Below, one piece after another: positions 54,663-63,625 of a stretch of DNA of 64,000 bases. Source of the DNA: Candidatus Latescibacterota bacterium (GTDB lineage Bacteria; Latescibacterota; UBA2968; UBA8231); assembly GCA_964291625.2 (NCBI GenBank), contig OZ220089.1, positions 2,240,001-2,304,000 of the forward strand, given 5' to 3'. Positions within the stretch are counted from its first letter, which is position 1; each line of letters begins with the position of its first letter. A model generated the notes under the pieces. It was not told the origin of the DNA and ran no database searches. It saw only the letters and a list, made by a program, of their open reading frames with translations. The translations under genes and the position numbers were made by a program.

Positions 54663-57600
54663 TCAGTCCGCCTTCGCCACCTCCTCGATCGCCCGCTCCA
54701 GCCGCGCCGCGGAGACGCGCTCCGCCGTCCCCAGCTCCTGGGCGAAGACCGAGACCCGGAACTCCTCCACCAGCCAGCGCAGGGTCTCGGCCCGCCGGCG
54801 CCGCTCCGGCGAGGCCCCGTCGAGGCCTTCCCGGATCTGCCCCCAGGCGCGGGCGAAGGGCTCCACCTGGGCGGCCTTGCCCGCGTCGCGGCCGCGGTCG
54901 GCCTGGAAGCGGTCGGCGCGCACTGCCATGGCCTTCAGGTAGCGCACGAGGTGGGGCAGGCGGTCGAACTCCAGTCCATCCAGGAAGTCCGCCGGCAGCA
55001 GGCGCCGCAGGTCCTCCTTCAGGCCCGGGTAGGGCCGCGGCTGGGCGCTCAGCCGGGACCTGAGCTCCAGGATCTCCCCCATCAGGTTGAGGAAGCGCCG
55101 CGACAGGCCCTCGAGCCGCTCCCGGGACCGGGCCACCCGGGCCTCGAAGCGCTCCCGGGTCAGGGGGAAGACCCCGCCCTCCAAAAACAGGTAGCGGGCC
55201 AGGTGCTCGTACGCCTGTGCCTCGAACTCGCCCGGATCCCCCGCCAGCCCGTCGGCGGCCAGCGACCGCAGGTCCATCAGCTCCCGCTGGAGCCATACCG
55301 CCTCGTCCTTCAGGGCCAGCTCGCAGAGCCGCTGAAAACCCGCGGGCGTGGCGGCGCGGGCCTCCTCGCGGTCGTGGAAGAGGCGCAGGTGGACCGCGTT
55401 CCCCTCGAGCACCAGGCCCGGGAAGGCGAAGACGGGCACCCCCGAGACCCTGGTCACCTCGAGGCGCTCGGGCAGGTCCCCGAAGTCGAAGCCGGTCACG
55501 TCCTCCCGCTCCCAGCGGCGAGCGGCCTCCCCCCAGGCCTCGAGGTTGACCGCCCCGGCCCCCGCCGGCCGGTCGAGCTGCCCTGAGAGGGCGGCCAGGT
55601 CGCGCCCGGCGGCCAGGGTGGCGCCCTCGCCCTCGATCTCCACCCGCAGGCGCAGGTGTTCGGGGACCGCCTCCAGGTCCCAGTCGGCGCGGCGCACCTG
55701 CACCCGCCAGTGCTCCTCGATGTAGCGCTCCAGGGCGTCGAGGAAGGTGCCGTCCCCGTGGGTGGGCTTCAGGTCGGCGGCGATCCTCCGGGCCGCGGAC
55801 GGCACCGGCACGAAGCGCTTGCGCAGGGCCTTGGGCAGTGACCGCAGCAGCGCCGTGACCCGCTCCTCCACCAGCCCCGGGACGAGCCAGTCGAGGACCT
55901 CCGGCCGCACCGCGTCCAGCAGCCGGTACGGCAGTTGCAGGGTGATGCCGTCGGCCTCCTGGCCCGGCTCGTACCGGTAGGAGAGCCCCAGCCGCACCCC
56001 GTCGATGTCGACCGCCTCGGGGAAGGCCTCGGCGTCGACGCCGGCGGCGCCTCCGAGGAGCCGGGCCTCGTCGGCGAGGAGGAAGTCGTCGCGCCCCCCG
56101 TGGTCGCGGATGACGCGGTTGAGGTCGTGTACCGAAGCCGTGCCCTCCGGCAGCAGCCCGGCGTAGAAGTCGTGGAAGGCGTCGTCGAGGTCGACGGGAG
56201 ATGCCCCGCGCCGGCGGCTCTGCCAGACCTCGAGGCGCTGGTGCAGGCGGCGGTTGTGGTCGAGGAAGCCGTGGCCGGCGCCGTCGATCTCGCCGGCGAT
56301 CAGACCCTCGCGCACGAAGATGTCCCGAGCCTCTCGCGGGGCGATGCGGCCGTAGCCGACGCGGCCCTCGGAGACCACGAGCCCGTGGAGGCGGATGGTC
56401 TCGTGCGCGAGGACGCGTCCGGCCGACCGGCTCCAGTGCGGGTCCCGGTGGCTCATGCGGCACAGGTGCTTCCCCAGGTCCAGGATCCACTCCGGCCGGA
56501 TGGCGGCGCAGGTGCGCGCGTAGAGGCGGTTCGTCTCCACCATCTCCGCGGCCACCACCCACTCCGCCCCCTCGGCCACGGGGCCCGCCCCGTCCCGCCC
56601 ATCCGCCGCCGGCGTCTGGGGCCCGCGCTTCCTCGGCTCGGGGCGCTGGAACAGCCCCGAGCCCGGAAAGAGCATCGCCTTCCGCCCGCGGGGCGCTGCG
56701 TAGAGGTTGCGGTCCTCGCGCCGCCCCACGTGGCTCAGGAGCCCGGTGAGCAGGCAGCGGTGCACGGCGTCGTACGCGGCCTCGCCCCCGGAGGCTTCCG
56801 GCTCGAGCCGGAAGCCGCTCAGCTCCCGCAGGTTGGCCCGCAGCTGGGCGTGGATGTCCCGCCACTCGCGCATGCGCAGGTAGGAGAGGTAGTGCCGCTT
56901 GCAGAACCGGCGCAGCTGCGACTGCGTGCCCTCCTCCATGCGGTCGTGGAAGGCGGTCCAGATGTTGAGCAGGGTGAGGAAATCGGAGCGCGGGTGGACG
57001 AAGCGCCGGTGGGCGAGATCGGCCTTCTCCTCCTCCTCGGCCGGGCGCTCCCGCGGGTCCTGGACGGAGATGGCGGCGGCGATGACCAGGACCTCCGCCA
57101 GGGAGCCCTCGTCGCGGGCCTGCAGGACCATGCGCGACACCGCCGGCGAGATCGGCATGCGCGCCATGTCCCGCCCCATGGGGGTGAGGCGGCGGTCGCC
57201 GTCGATCGCGCCGAGCTCCTCGAGCAACTGGTAGCCGGCGCGGACCGCGGCCTCGGAGGGCGGATCGAGGAAGGGGAAGCTCTCCACCCGCCCAAGCTCC
57301 AGGTCGAGCATCCGCAGGATCACCTCGGCGAGGTTGGCGCGCTGCATCTCCGGCGGGGTGTGCTCGGGCCGCGCCTGCAGGTCCTCCTCGCCGTAGAGGC
57401 GCACGCAGGTCCCGTCCTCGACGCGGCCGCAGCGCCCCTTGCGCTGCTCCGCCGAGGCGCGGCTGATCTCCTCGATCGGCAGCCTCTGAGTCTGGCTCCG
57501 GGGGTTGTAGCGCGAGATCCGCGCCAGGCCGGTGTCGACGACGTAGCGGATGCCGGGGATGGTCAGCGAGGTTTCGGCGATGTTGGTGGCGATGACGATC

Positions 57601-58679
57601 CGCCGCCCCGAGTGGGGTCCGAAGACGCGCTGCTGCTCGGCGGCGCCGAGGCGCGAGAACAGGGGCAGGACCTCCACCCCGCCGGCGCCCTGGCGCCGCT
57701 GCGCCAGCCTGACGGCCAGCAGGTCGCGGGTCTCGCGGATGTCGCGCTCCGACGGCATGAAGACGAGCACGTCGCCGCGGGTCGACGCGGCCAGCAGCCG
57801 CTCGCAGGCGGCCACGGCCCCGTCGGTGTAGGAGAGCCCGCCCTCCTCCCCCTCCAGCAGCTCCTCCAGCGGCCAGTGCCGGACCTCGACCGGGTAGACG
57901 CGGCCCGACACCTGGACGACGGGCGCCCCGTCGAAGGCGCGGGAGAACCTCTCGGTGTCGATGGTGGCCGAGGTGACGACGATCCGCAGGTCGGGGCGGC
58001 GGGACCGAAGGGTGCGCACGTAGCCGAGGAGGAAGTCGATGTTCAGGGAGCGCTCGTGGGCCTCGTCGATGATCAGGGTGTCGTACTCCAGCAGGTCGCG
58101 GTCCGAGCGGACCTCGGCGAGCAGCAGGCCGTCGGTGACGAACTTGATCAGCGTCTCGGGCGAGGTGTGGTCCCGGAAGCGGATCTTCGCGCCCACCTCC
58201 CGCCCCCACTCGACGCCCAGCTCCTCGGCCAGCCGGCGCGAGAGCGACGTGGCCGCCACACGGCGGGGCTGGGTGACGGCGATGCGGGCGTCCCTCCCGC
58301 GGCCGGCGAGGAGGCAGATCTTGGGGATCTGGGTGGTCTTGCCCGAGCCGGTGTCCCCGGCGACGATGACCACGGGATGGGCGCGGATGGCGGCCTGGAT
58401 CTCGTCGGCGCGCTGGCTCACCGGCAGCTCCGCCGGGAAGCCGAGGGTCATCGCCTCCAGGGCCTGCCGGCGCAGGGCGCGGGTCCGCCGCGAGCGGCGG
58501 GCCCGCTCGGCGATGTGGTCGAGGTCCTGCACCAGGCGCCGGGGCGGCCGGCCGCTGGTCAGGGCTTCCCGCAGGCGGCGGAGCCGGCGGCCGAGGCGCA
58601 CGCGGTCCGACATCATGCAGCCGTCAAGGCGGCGCTCGAGGTCGACCAGTCTTGCGTCGGGGGGGGCGGCGGTGCTCAT
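54663..58679 (-). CDS. hrpA: ATP-dependent RNA helicase HrpA
   Basis: GDTGSGKTTQ, TQPRR, DEAH, SAT, TNIAETSLT, QRKGRCGR and C-terminal EEFRVSVFAQELGT (DUF3418). Confidence 0.95.
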   Translation of the reverse strand: MSTAAPPDARLVDLERRLDGCMMSDRVRLGRRLRRLREALTSGRPPRRLVQDLDHIAERARRSRRTRALRRQALEAMTLGFPAELPVSQRADEIQAAIRAHPVVIVAGDTGSGKTTQIPKICLLAGRGRDARIAVTQPRRVAATSLSRRLAEELGVEWGREVGAKIRFRDHTSPETLIKFVTDGLLLAEVRSDRDLLEYDTLIIDEAHERSLNIDFLLGYVRTLRSRRPDLRIVVTSATIDTERFSRAFDGAPVVQVSGRVYPVEVRHWPLEELLEGEEGGLSYTDGAVAACERLLAASTRGDVLVFMPSERDIRETRDLLAVRLAQRRQGAGGVEVLPLFSRLGAAEQQRVFGPHSGRRIVIATNIAETSLTIPGIRYVVDTGLARISRYNPRSQTQRLPIEEISRASAEQRKGRCGRVEDGTCVRLYGEEDLQARPEHTPPEMQRANLAEVILRMLDLELGRVESFPFLDPPSEAAVRAGYQLLEELGAIDGDRRLTPMGRDMARMPISPAVSRMVLQARDEGSLAEVLVIAAAISVQDPRERPAEEEEKADLAHRRFVHPRSDFLTLLNIWTAFHDRMEEGTQSQLRRFCKRHYLSYLRMREWRDIHAQLRANLRELSGFRLEPEASGGEAAYDAVHRCLLTGLLSHVGRREDRNLYAAPRGRKAMLFPGSGLFQRPEPRKRGPQTPAADGRDGAGPVAEGAEWVVAAEMVETNRLYARTCAAIRPEWILDLGKHLCRMSHRDPHWSRSAGRVLAHETIRLHGLVVSEGRVGYGRIAPREARDIFVREGLIAGEIDGAGHGFLDHNRRLHQRLEVWQSRRRGASPVDLDDAFHDFYAGLLPEGTASVHDLNRVIRDHGGRDDFLLADEARLLGGAAGVDAEAFPEAVDIDGVRLGLSYRYEPGQEADGITLQLPYRLLDAVRPEVLDWLVPGLVEERVTALLRSLPKALRKRFVPVPSAARRIAADLKPTHGDGTFLDALERYIEEHWRVQVRRADWDLEAVPEHLRLRVEIEGEGATLAAGRDLAALSGQLDRPAGAGAVNLEAWGEAARRWEREDVTGFDFGDLPERLEVTRVSGVPVFAFPGLVLEGNAVHLRLFHDREEARAATPAGFQRLCELALKDEAVWLQRELMDLRSLAADGLAGDPGEFEAQAYEHLARYLFLEGGVFPLTRERFEARVARSRERLEGLSRRFLNLMGEILELRSRLSAQPRPYPGLKEDLRRLLPADFLDGLEFDRLPHLVRYLKAMAVRADRFQADRGRDAGKAAQVEPFARAWGQIREGLDGASPERRRRAETLRWLVEEFRVSVFAQELGTAERVSAARLERAIEEVAKAD

Positions 58680-58741
58680 CCGATGGAAGGTACGGGCCGT
58701 TCGCGACGGTGTGAACGGCGGGGCCTTCGTACCTTACGGGC
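58680..58741. promoter_or_regulatory. Back-to-back leaderless-type promoters in a pseudo-palindromic intergenic region
   Basis: AAGGTACG (58687-58694) and CGTACCTT (58728-58735) form a perfect inverted repeat. Each contains TACCTT, 7 and 6 nt from the hrpA and mscS ATGs, with no SD sequence. Confidence 0.6.
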
Positions 58742-59980
58742 ATGCATGAATTCATGGACACGCTGGGGGCGTGGTTCGCCGAGCACCCCTTTGAGCGCCA
58801 GGCGGCCCACACCGCCGGTCTCATTCTGCTTGCGTGGGCAACCCACCTGCTGGGCCGCAAGGTCCTGCTGCGCTCCATGACGGTCCTGATCCGGGCGAGC
58901 AGCACCAGGATGGACGACGTGCTGCTCGACCGGGGCGTGCTGAACCGCGCCGCCCTGCTGCTGCCGGTGCTCGTCTTCTACTACGGCGCCGACGGTCTGC
59001 CGGGATCGAGAGAGACGGTCCTGCAGGTGGTCAACGCCGGCCTGCTCATGGTGGTGCTGCTCGTGGCCGGGGCCGTGATCGGAGCCCTGCAGGAGGCGCT
59101 GGCCGACTACGACGCGCGCACCGAGGTGCCGATCAAGAGCTATGCCCAGATCGTGAAGATCGCCCTCTACGTCATCGGCGGTCTCATGACGGTGGCGGTC
59201 CTGACGGGGCGGTCGCCCTGGGTGCTGCTCTCGGGCGTCGGCGCCCTGATGGCCGTGGTCATCCTCATCTTCCGCGACACCCTCCTGTCGCTGACGGCCA
59301 GCTTCACCATCGCCTCCAACCGGCTCGTCAAGGTGGGCGACTGGATCGAGGTCCCCACTTTCGGAGCCGACGGAGACGTCATCGAGATCGCCCTGCACAC
59401 GGTGAAGGTGCAGAACTGGGACAAGACGATCACCACCATTCCCACCCACAAGCTGGTGGACGTCTCCTTCAAGAACTGGCGCGGCATGCAGGACAGCGGA
59501 GGCCGCCGGATCAAGCGCGCCATCCACATCGACATGAACTCGATCCGGTTCTGCGACGCGGAGATGCTGCAGCGCTTTCAACATTTCGAGCTGATCCGTG
59601 ACTACCTGGCCTCCCGTCAGAAGGAAGTGGAGGAGCACAACGCCGAATCCCGGGTCGACGCCTCCGAACTGGTCAACGGCCGGCGCCTGACCAACGTGGG
59701 CACCTTCCGGGCCTACGTGGCCGCCTACCTGCGCAGCCACCCGCTCATCCGCCAGGACATGACCTTCCTGATCCGTCAGCTGGCGCCGACGGGGCAGGGC
59801 CTGCCCCTCGAGATCTACGTCTTCACCAGCACCACCGTGTGGGCCGACTACGAGGGGATCCAGTCCGACATCTTCGACCATCTGCTGGCGGTGGTGCCGC
59901 GCTTCGAGCTGCGCGTCTTCCAGGAGCCCGCAGGGTCGGACTTCGCGGCCGCCTTGCACGCGCCGGCGCCGCGGCCATAA
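58742..59980 (+). CDS. ybdG: Mechanosensitive channel, MscS family (YbdG-like)
   Basis: VKVGDWIE, GADGDVIEIALHTVKVQNWDKT, FKNWRGMQDSGGRRIKR and YEGIQSDIFDH. Confidence 0.9.
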   Translation: MHEFMDTLGAWFAEHPFERQAAHTAGLILLAWATHLLGRKVLLRSMTVLIRASSTRMDDVLLDRGVLNRAALLLPVLVFYYGADGLPGSRETVLQVVNAGLLMVVLLVAGAVIGALQEALADYDARTEVPIKSYAQIVKIALYVIGGLMTVAVLTGRSPWVLLSGVGALMAVVILIFRDTLLSLTASFTIASNRLVKVGDWIEVPTFGADGDVIEIALHTVKVQNWDKTITTIPTHKLVDVSFKNWRGMQDSGGRRIKRAIHIDMNSIRFCDAEMLQRFQHFELIRDYLASRQKEVEEHNAESRVDASELVNGRRLTNVGTFRAYVAAYLRSHPLIRQDMTFLIRQLAPTGQGLPLEIYVFTSTTVWADYEGIQSDIFDHLLAVVPRFELRVFQEPAGSDFAAALHAPAPRP

Positions 59981-60004
59981 GGTAGAGCCGGGGAGGATGA
60001 GAAG

Positions 60005-60571
60005 ATGAGCAGGAGCGACCGCAAGACCCTCGCGGCCATGGTCCGAATGGCGCTGATCCTGCCGGCCTTCGGCCTCGTGCTCCTTCCTCCGGCGCCTGCC
60101 GGGGCGGCGACCCGATCGCAGTTCACCCTGCCGTCCCTCGACGGCAAGGAGTTCTCGCTGCAGAAGGCGCTGGAAGAGGGCCCGGTGATCCTCGATTTCT
60201 GGGCCACCTGGTGCAAGCCCTGCATCAAGGGGCTGCCCGCGGTGCAGAAGATCGCCAAGGAGTTCGAGGATCGCGGTGTGGGGGTCTACGCCGTCAATGT
60301 CGACGGTCCGCGCAATCAGCCCAAAGTGAGGCCCTTCCTCAAGCGCCACCGCCTGGAGCTGCCGGTCCTCCTCGACCATTCGCGGCAGGTGATGAAGCAG
60401 TTCCAGCTGCCCGCGGTGCCGGCGTCGATGATCATCTCCACGGAGGGCGAGGTGGTGTACAAGCACTTCGGGTACAAGCCGGGAGACGAGGTCCGCCTGC
60501 GCGCCCGACTGATGGAGTTGCTGGGAGAGGCCGTTCCCGATTCAACGAAAGGGGAAGCCGATGAGAGCTAG
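60005..60571 (+). CDS. Exported TlpA-family thiol-disulfide oxidoreductase
   Basis: Signal peptide (AGA|A), DFWATWCKPC, cis-Pro loop AVP and GYKPGDE. GGAGG RBS. Confidence 0.9.
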   Translation: MSRSDRKTLAAMVRMALILPAFGLVLLPPAPAGAATRSQFTLPSLDGKEFSLQKALEEGPVILDFWATWCKPCIKGLPAVQKIAKEFEDRGVGVYAVNVDGPRNQPKVRPFLKRHRLELPVLLDHSRQVMKQFQLPAVPASMIISTEGEVVYKHFGYKPGDEVRLRARLMELLGEAVPDSTKGEADES

Positions 60572-61445
60572 AAGCGTCCTGCGGAAGGGACCGTTCGCCT
60601 GCGCGGCGATCGCCCTCACCGCTCTCCACGTGGCCGGAGCCGGGGAGGCCGAGGCCCAGGCGGCCGGCGATCCGGCCCCCACCTTCGAGCTCGAGACCGT
60701 GGACGGGGAGCTCGTGTCGCTGGGCGACTTCCTCGACGAGAAGGTCGTCTACATCAACTTCCTCGGGAACACCTGACCGTACTGCGTCGCGGAGGCCGCG
60801 AGTTCCGAGGCAATCTGGCAGGACTACGGGGGCGATCAGCTCATCGCCCTCGGAATCGATATCTGGGACGGACGGGCATCGAGCGTCAAGTCCATCTGGG
60901 TAGACGACGGTCTGGCGACCTACCCGATACTGGTCAACGGTTCGGGGGTGGCCCGGGACTACGGCGTGGTCCAGGACTACTACATCGTCATCGACCACGA
61001 GGGGGTTATCCGCTACCGGTCGCCCGACGCCAGGCTCGGCCAGCGCTACAACGACGGCGAGATCCGCGAGGCCATCGACGCCGCCCTGGCCGATCTGGCC
61101 GCCGCCCTGGAAGAAGTGGAGGAGGAGCCGGAGGAAGTGATCACGGCGGTCTCCACCCCTCCCCGGGTGCCCGCCGGCTTCGCCCTGGAGGCCTGGCCGA
61201 ATCCCTTCAACGCCGAGACCACTCTCTCCTTCACGGTGACCGCGGCAGGTCCCGTGGCCCTGACCATATTCGATCTGCAGGGGCGGGTCCTGCGCGGCTG
61301 GTCCGGACACTACGGTGCGGGGACCCACTCCCTGACCTGGGACGGGCGCGACGAAGGCGGTGAAGCGGTCGCCTCCGGCGTCTACATCGCTTCCGCGCGC
61401 CAGGGGGGCGCGGCCATCGCCCGGAAGGTCACTCTGCTGAAGTAG
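60561..61445 (+). CDS. Predicted selenoprotein: signal peptide + thioredoxin-fold (AhpC/TlpA-like) UxxC domain + FlgD-Ig/T9SS-like C-terminal sorting domain (294 aa, Sec72)
   Basis: The in-frame TGA at 60774-60776 gives INFLGNT-U-PYC, aligning exactly with DFWATW-C-KPC of the adjacent TlpA. The frame stays open to TAG 61445 and joins ORF 60948..61445. C-terminus AWPNPFN...IFDLQGR...WDGRDEGGEAVASGVY...RKVTLLK. Confidence 0.85.
60787..60801 (+). promoter_or_regulatory. Candidate bacterial SECIS hairpin
   Basis: TCGCGG-AGG-CCGCGA is a perfect 6-bp stem. Its G-containing apical loop starts 16 nt after the TGA. Confidence 0.6.
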
Positions 61446-61468
61446 GGGGCGGCCGGCTCCCCCGCCCC
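61446..61468. terminator. GC-rich hairpin between convergent genes
   Basis: GGGGCGG (61446-61452) and CCGCCCC (61462-61468) fill the gap between the two stop codons. There is no U-tract. Confidence 0.4.
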
Positions 61469-62995
61469 TTACAGCACCTCGCTGGTGAGGCGCAGCTCGA
61501 TGCCCTCGAAGCCCAGCACCTCGTAGCAGCTGCCGCCGGTGCAGGCCAGCCCCGTCCTGCGCCGGCCCCCGAAGACGTCCAGCGTGTGGGTGTCGCGGAA
61601 CCGCCAGCTGGCGCCCAGGGCCCACCAGTACGTCGCACCCGACTCCGAGGCCCCCGCCTCCAGGGGATCGTTGGACCTCTGCAGCTGCAGGGACCAGGTC
61701 CATGCCGGATAGCGGCTGAGCTCCACCGTTCCCAGCAGGTTCTCGTAGGGGAAGTCGCTGCGGCCGAAGCGCCGGTCCACATCCTGCACCTGCAGGTCGG
61801 CGCTCGCGGCGTGGCGTCCGCCGGCGGACCAGTCCCAGCGCGTGCCTGCCGTCAGGCGGCGCTCGTTCTCGAGGATGCGGTTGCGCGTGTAATCGAGGAA
61901 CAGCTGCCCGTGCAGCGCCTCTCCCACCGGGGAGTCCAGCTGCAGGAAGTACTCGCGCAGGGACTTCTCGTCCCCCGGGTCCGATCCCCGGCGAGTGGCC
62001 AGGTTCCAGGCGGCGGTCAGTCCGATGCCGCGGGGCAGGGCCCAGGTCAGCTCGGCCTGCACTCCGGCCTCGTCGTCGGCGAGCAGGGCGTGGGTCTCGC
62101 GGTTGAGGAGGAAGGCCTCGTGCTCCCGGATCAGCGTCGGCGGGTTGTTGAGGCTCGGGAAGGCGAAGTCCTGGTAGTCCTTCAGCTCCAGGCTCAGCCC
62201 CCAGGTCCCGCCGGTCAGGGTGCCGGCCAGGTAGAGCGCCCTCGGGTGGTCGCGCTCCAGGGAGAGCCAGGGTCCGGGGGCGGGGTCGATCCGGGCGTAC
62301 TCGCCGTAGAGATCCCCGTACCAGCCGCCCAGTCCGAGCCTCTCGAGGAGGGAGCCGAAGCGCAGTTCCCCATGGGTGGTGGCGCCGAGCTCCTCCTCCC
62401 CGCCGAAGGAGAACTCGATCAGTCCCGCCCCCACCTCGATGTCGCCGCTCACCCTGGCCCGGACGGCGCCCCCGGAGACCCGGCCCTGGCGCCGGTCGAG
62501 ACCCTTCAGCCCGGGGGCCAGCTCGCTGTTCACGGGCACGCCGTGCAGCGCCAGCACTTCCACCTGCCGCCACCGTCCCCTCACCCGCGCGCCGTCGAGG
62601 TCGCGTACGATCTGGTAACGCTGGCGGGAGACGCGGTCCTCGGTGATGACGCCCGGAAGCTCGAAGGCGTGCAGCAGCACACCGCGTCCCACCAGGGCGT
62701 AGAAGTGCCCCGCCGTGGCCTCGAGACCGCCGCGGCGCCAGGAGAGGGACCGCTGGGCGAGATGGAGATAGCCGCGGTCCTCGCCGCTGGAGCGGAAGGC
62801 CTCGCTGCGGGCGCTGGCCAGGAACCCCGCGGACTCGAAGCCGAGGCTCACCTGCTGGTACAGGGCCCGCAGGTCGGCCGGTTCGGCGTCGGGCAGGTTT
62901 CCGAGCTGGTACTCGTGGAGGGCGGTGACCCGCACCTGGGCGTCGAGGGGAGCGGCGGCCGTCAGGACGACGGCCAGCAGAGCGAGAAGGATCAT
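61469..62995 (-). CDS. DUF6029-like outer-membrane beta-barrel with C-terminal CxGGxC
   Basis: Signal peptide (LDA|Q), GHFYALVGRG, LELKDY, NNPPTL, many amphipathic beta-strands and C-terminal GLACTGGSCYEVLGFEGIELRL. Family name is from recall of the motif, not from an HMM search. Confidence 0.75.
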   Translation of the reverse strand: MILLALLAVVLTAAAPLDAQVRVTALHEYQLGNLPDAEPADLRALYQQVSLGFESAGFLASARSEAFRSSGEDRGYLHLAQRSLSWRRGGLEATAGHFYALVGRGVLLHAFELPGVITEDRVSRQRYQIVRDLDGARVRGRWRQVEVLALHGVPVNSELAPGLKGLDRRQGRVSGGAVRARVSGDIEVGAGLIEFSFGGEEELGATTHGELRFGSLLERLGLGGWYGDLYGEYARIDPAPGPWLSLERDHPRALYLAGTLTGGTWGLSLELKDYQDFAFPSLNNPPTLIREHEAFLLNRETHALLADDEAGVQAELTWALPRGIGLTAAWNLATRRGSDPGDEKSLREYFLQLDSPVGEALHGQLFLDYTRNRILENERRLTAGTRWDWSAGGRHAASADLQVQDVDRRFGRSDFPYENLLGTVELSRYPAWTWSLQLQRSNDPLEAGASESGATYWWALGASWRFRDTHTLDVFGGRRRTGLACTGGSCYEVLGFEGIELRLTSEVL

Positions 62996-63010
62996 CCGAG
63001 GGACCTCGTC

Positions 63011-63364
63011 TCAGCCCTTCCGGAACTCGCCGACGGCCGCGGCCTGAGACTCATAGATCGGGATGACCTCATCGAAGCCGCTGGCGGTGAAGACCTCGCG
63101 CACCGGATCGCAGAGGGAGCAGATGCCGAAGTGCATGCCATGCCTGTTGAACCTCCTGCCAACCCTCAGGCCGGCCCGGAGGCCGGCGCTGCTGATGAAG
63201 GAGACCTGCTCGAAGTCCAGGATCAGGGCCTGATCGGCGGCATCGATCCCGGAATCCAGCTCCGCCTGGAGCTTCTCGGCGTTGCTGCCGTCGACCCGGC
63301 CGAGAATCCTGGCAACAGCGATTCCCTTCTTGCGCTCCCACGTGATGTCGAACGCCGATTTCAT
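63011..63364 (-). CDS. STAS-domain anti-sigma-factor antagonist
   Basis: GRVDGSNA, LILDFEQVSFISSAGL (phosphorylatable Ser) and VREVFTASGF. AGGAGG RBS. Confidence 0.9.
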   Translation of the reverse strand: MKSAFDITWERKKGIAVARILGRVDGSNAEKLQAELDSGIDAADQALILDFEQVSFISSAGLRAGLRVGRRFNRHGMHFGICSLCDPVREVFTASGFDEVIPIYESQAAAVGEFRKG

Positions 63365-63625
63365 CAGCCTCCTGCTTCAGGTCGGGCCGGTCGCGACCCC
63401 CTCGGGACTCCACGGAGATCCGGGAAGTTCAAAGAGCCCTTCGCCGGCAGTCAAGGCAGGGCGCTCTTCCTCGGGATAGCAGCAACTGTAGATGGTGTCC
63501 GCTGAGCCTTTGTCCATACTAAAGAGCCTTGTCTTTCTCGCGTCCATAAGTAAATTTGGCGCCGATGCTTTCATTGGATGGCCCGCTACGCAAAGAACTT
63601 GCACAAGCGCGCGCACCGGAGGGCA

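Noticed and set aside
60561-60776. 71-aa and 165-aa ORFs as two separate genes, or as a pseudogene
   Set aside because: Each piece is an incomplete thioredoxin fold. A single TGA sits at the catalytic position, the intervening 57 codons are open and fold-consistent, and no other lesions are visible.
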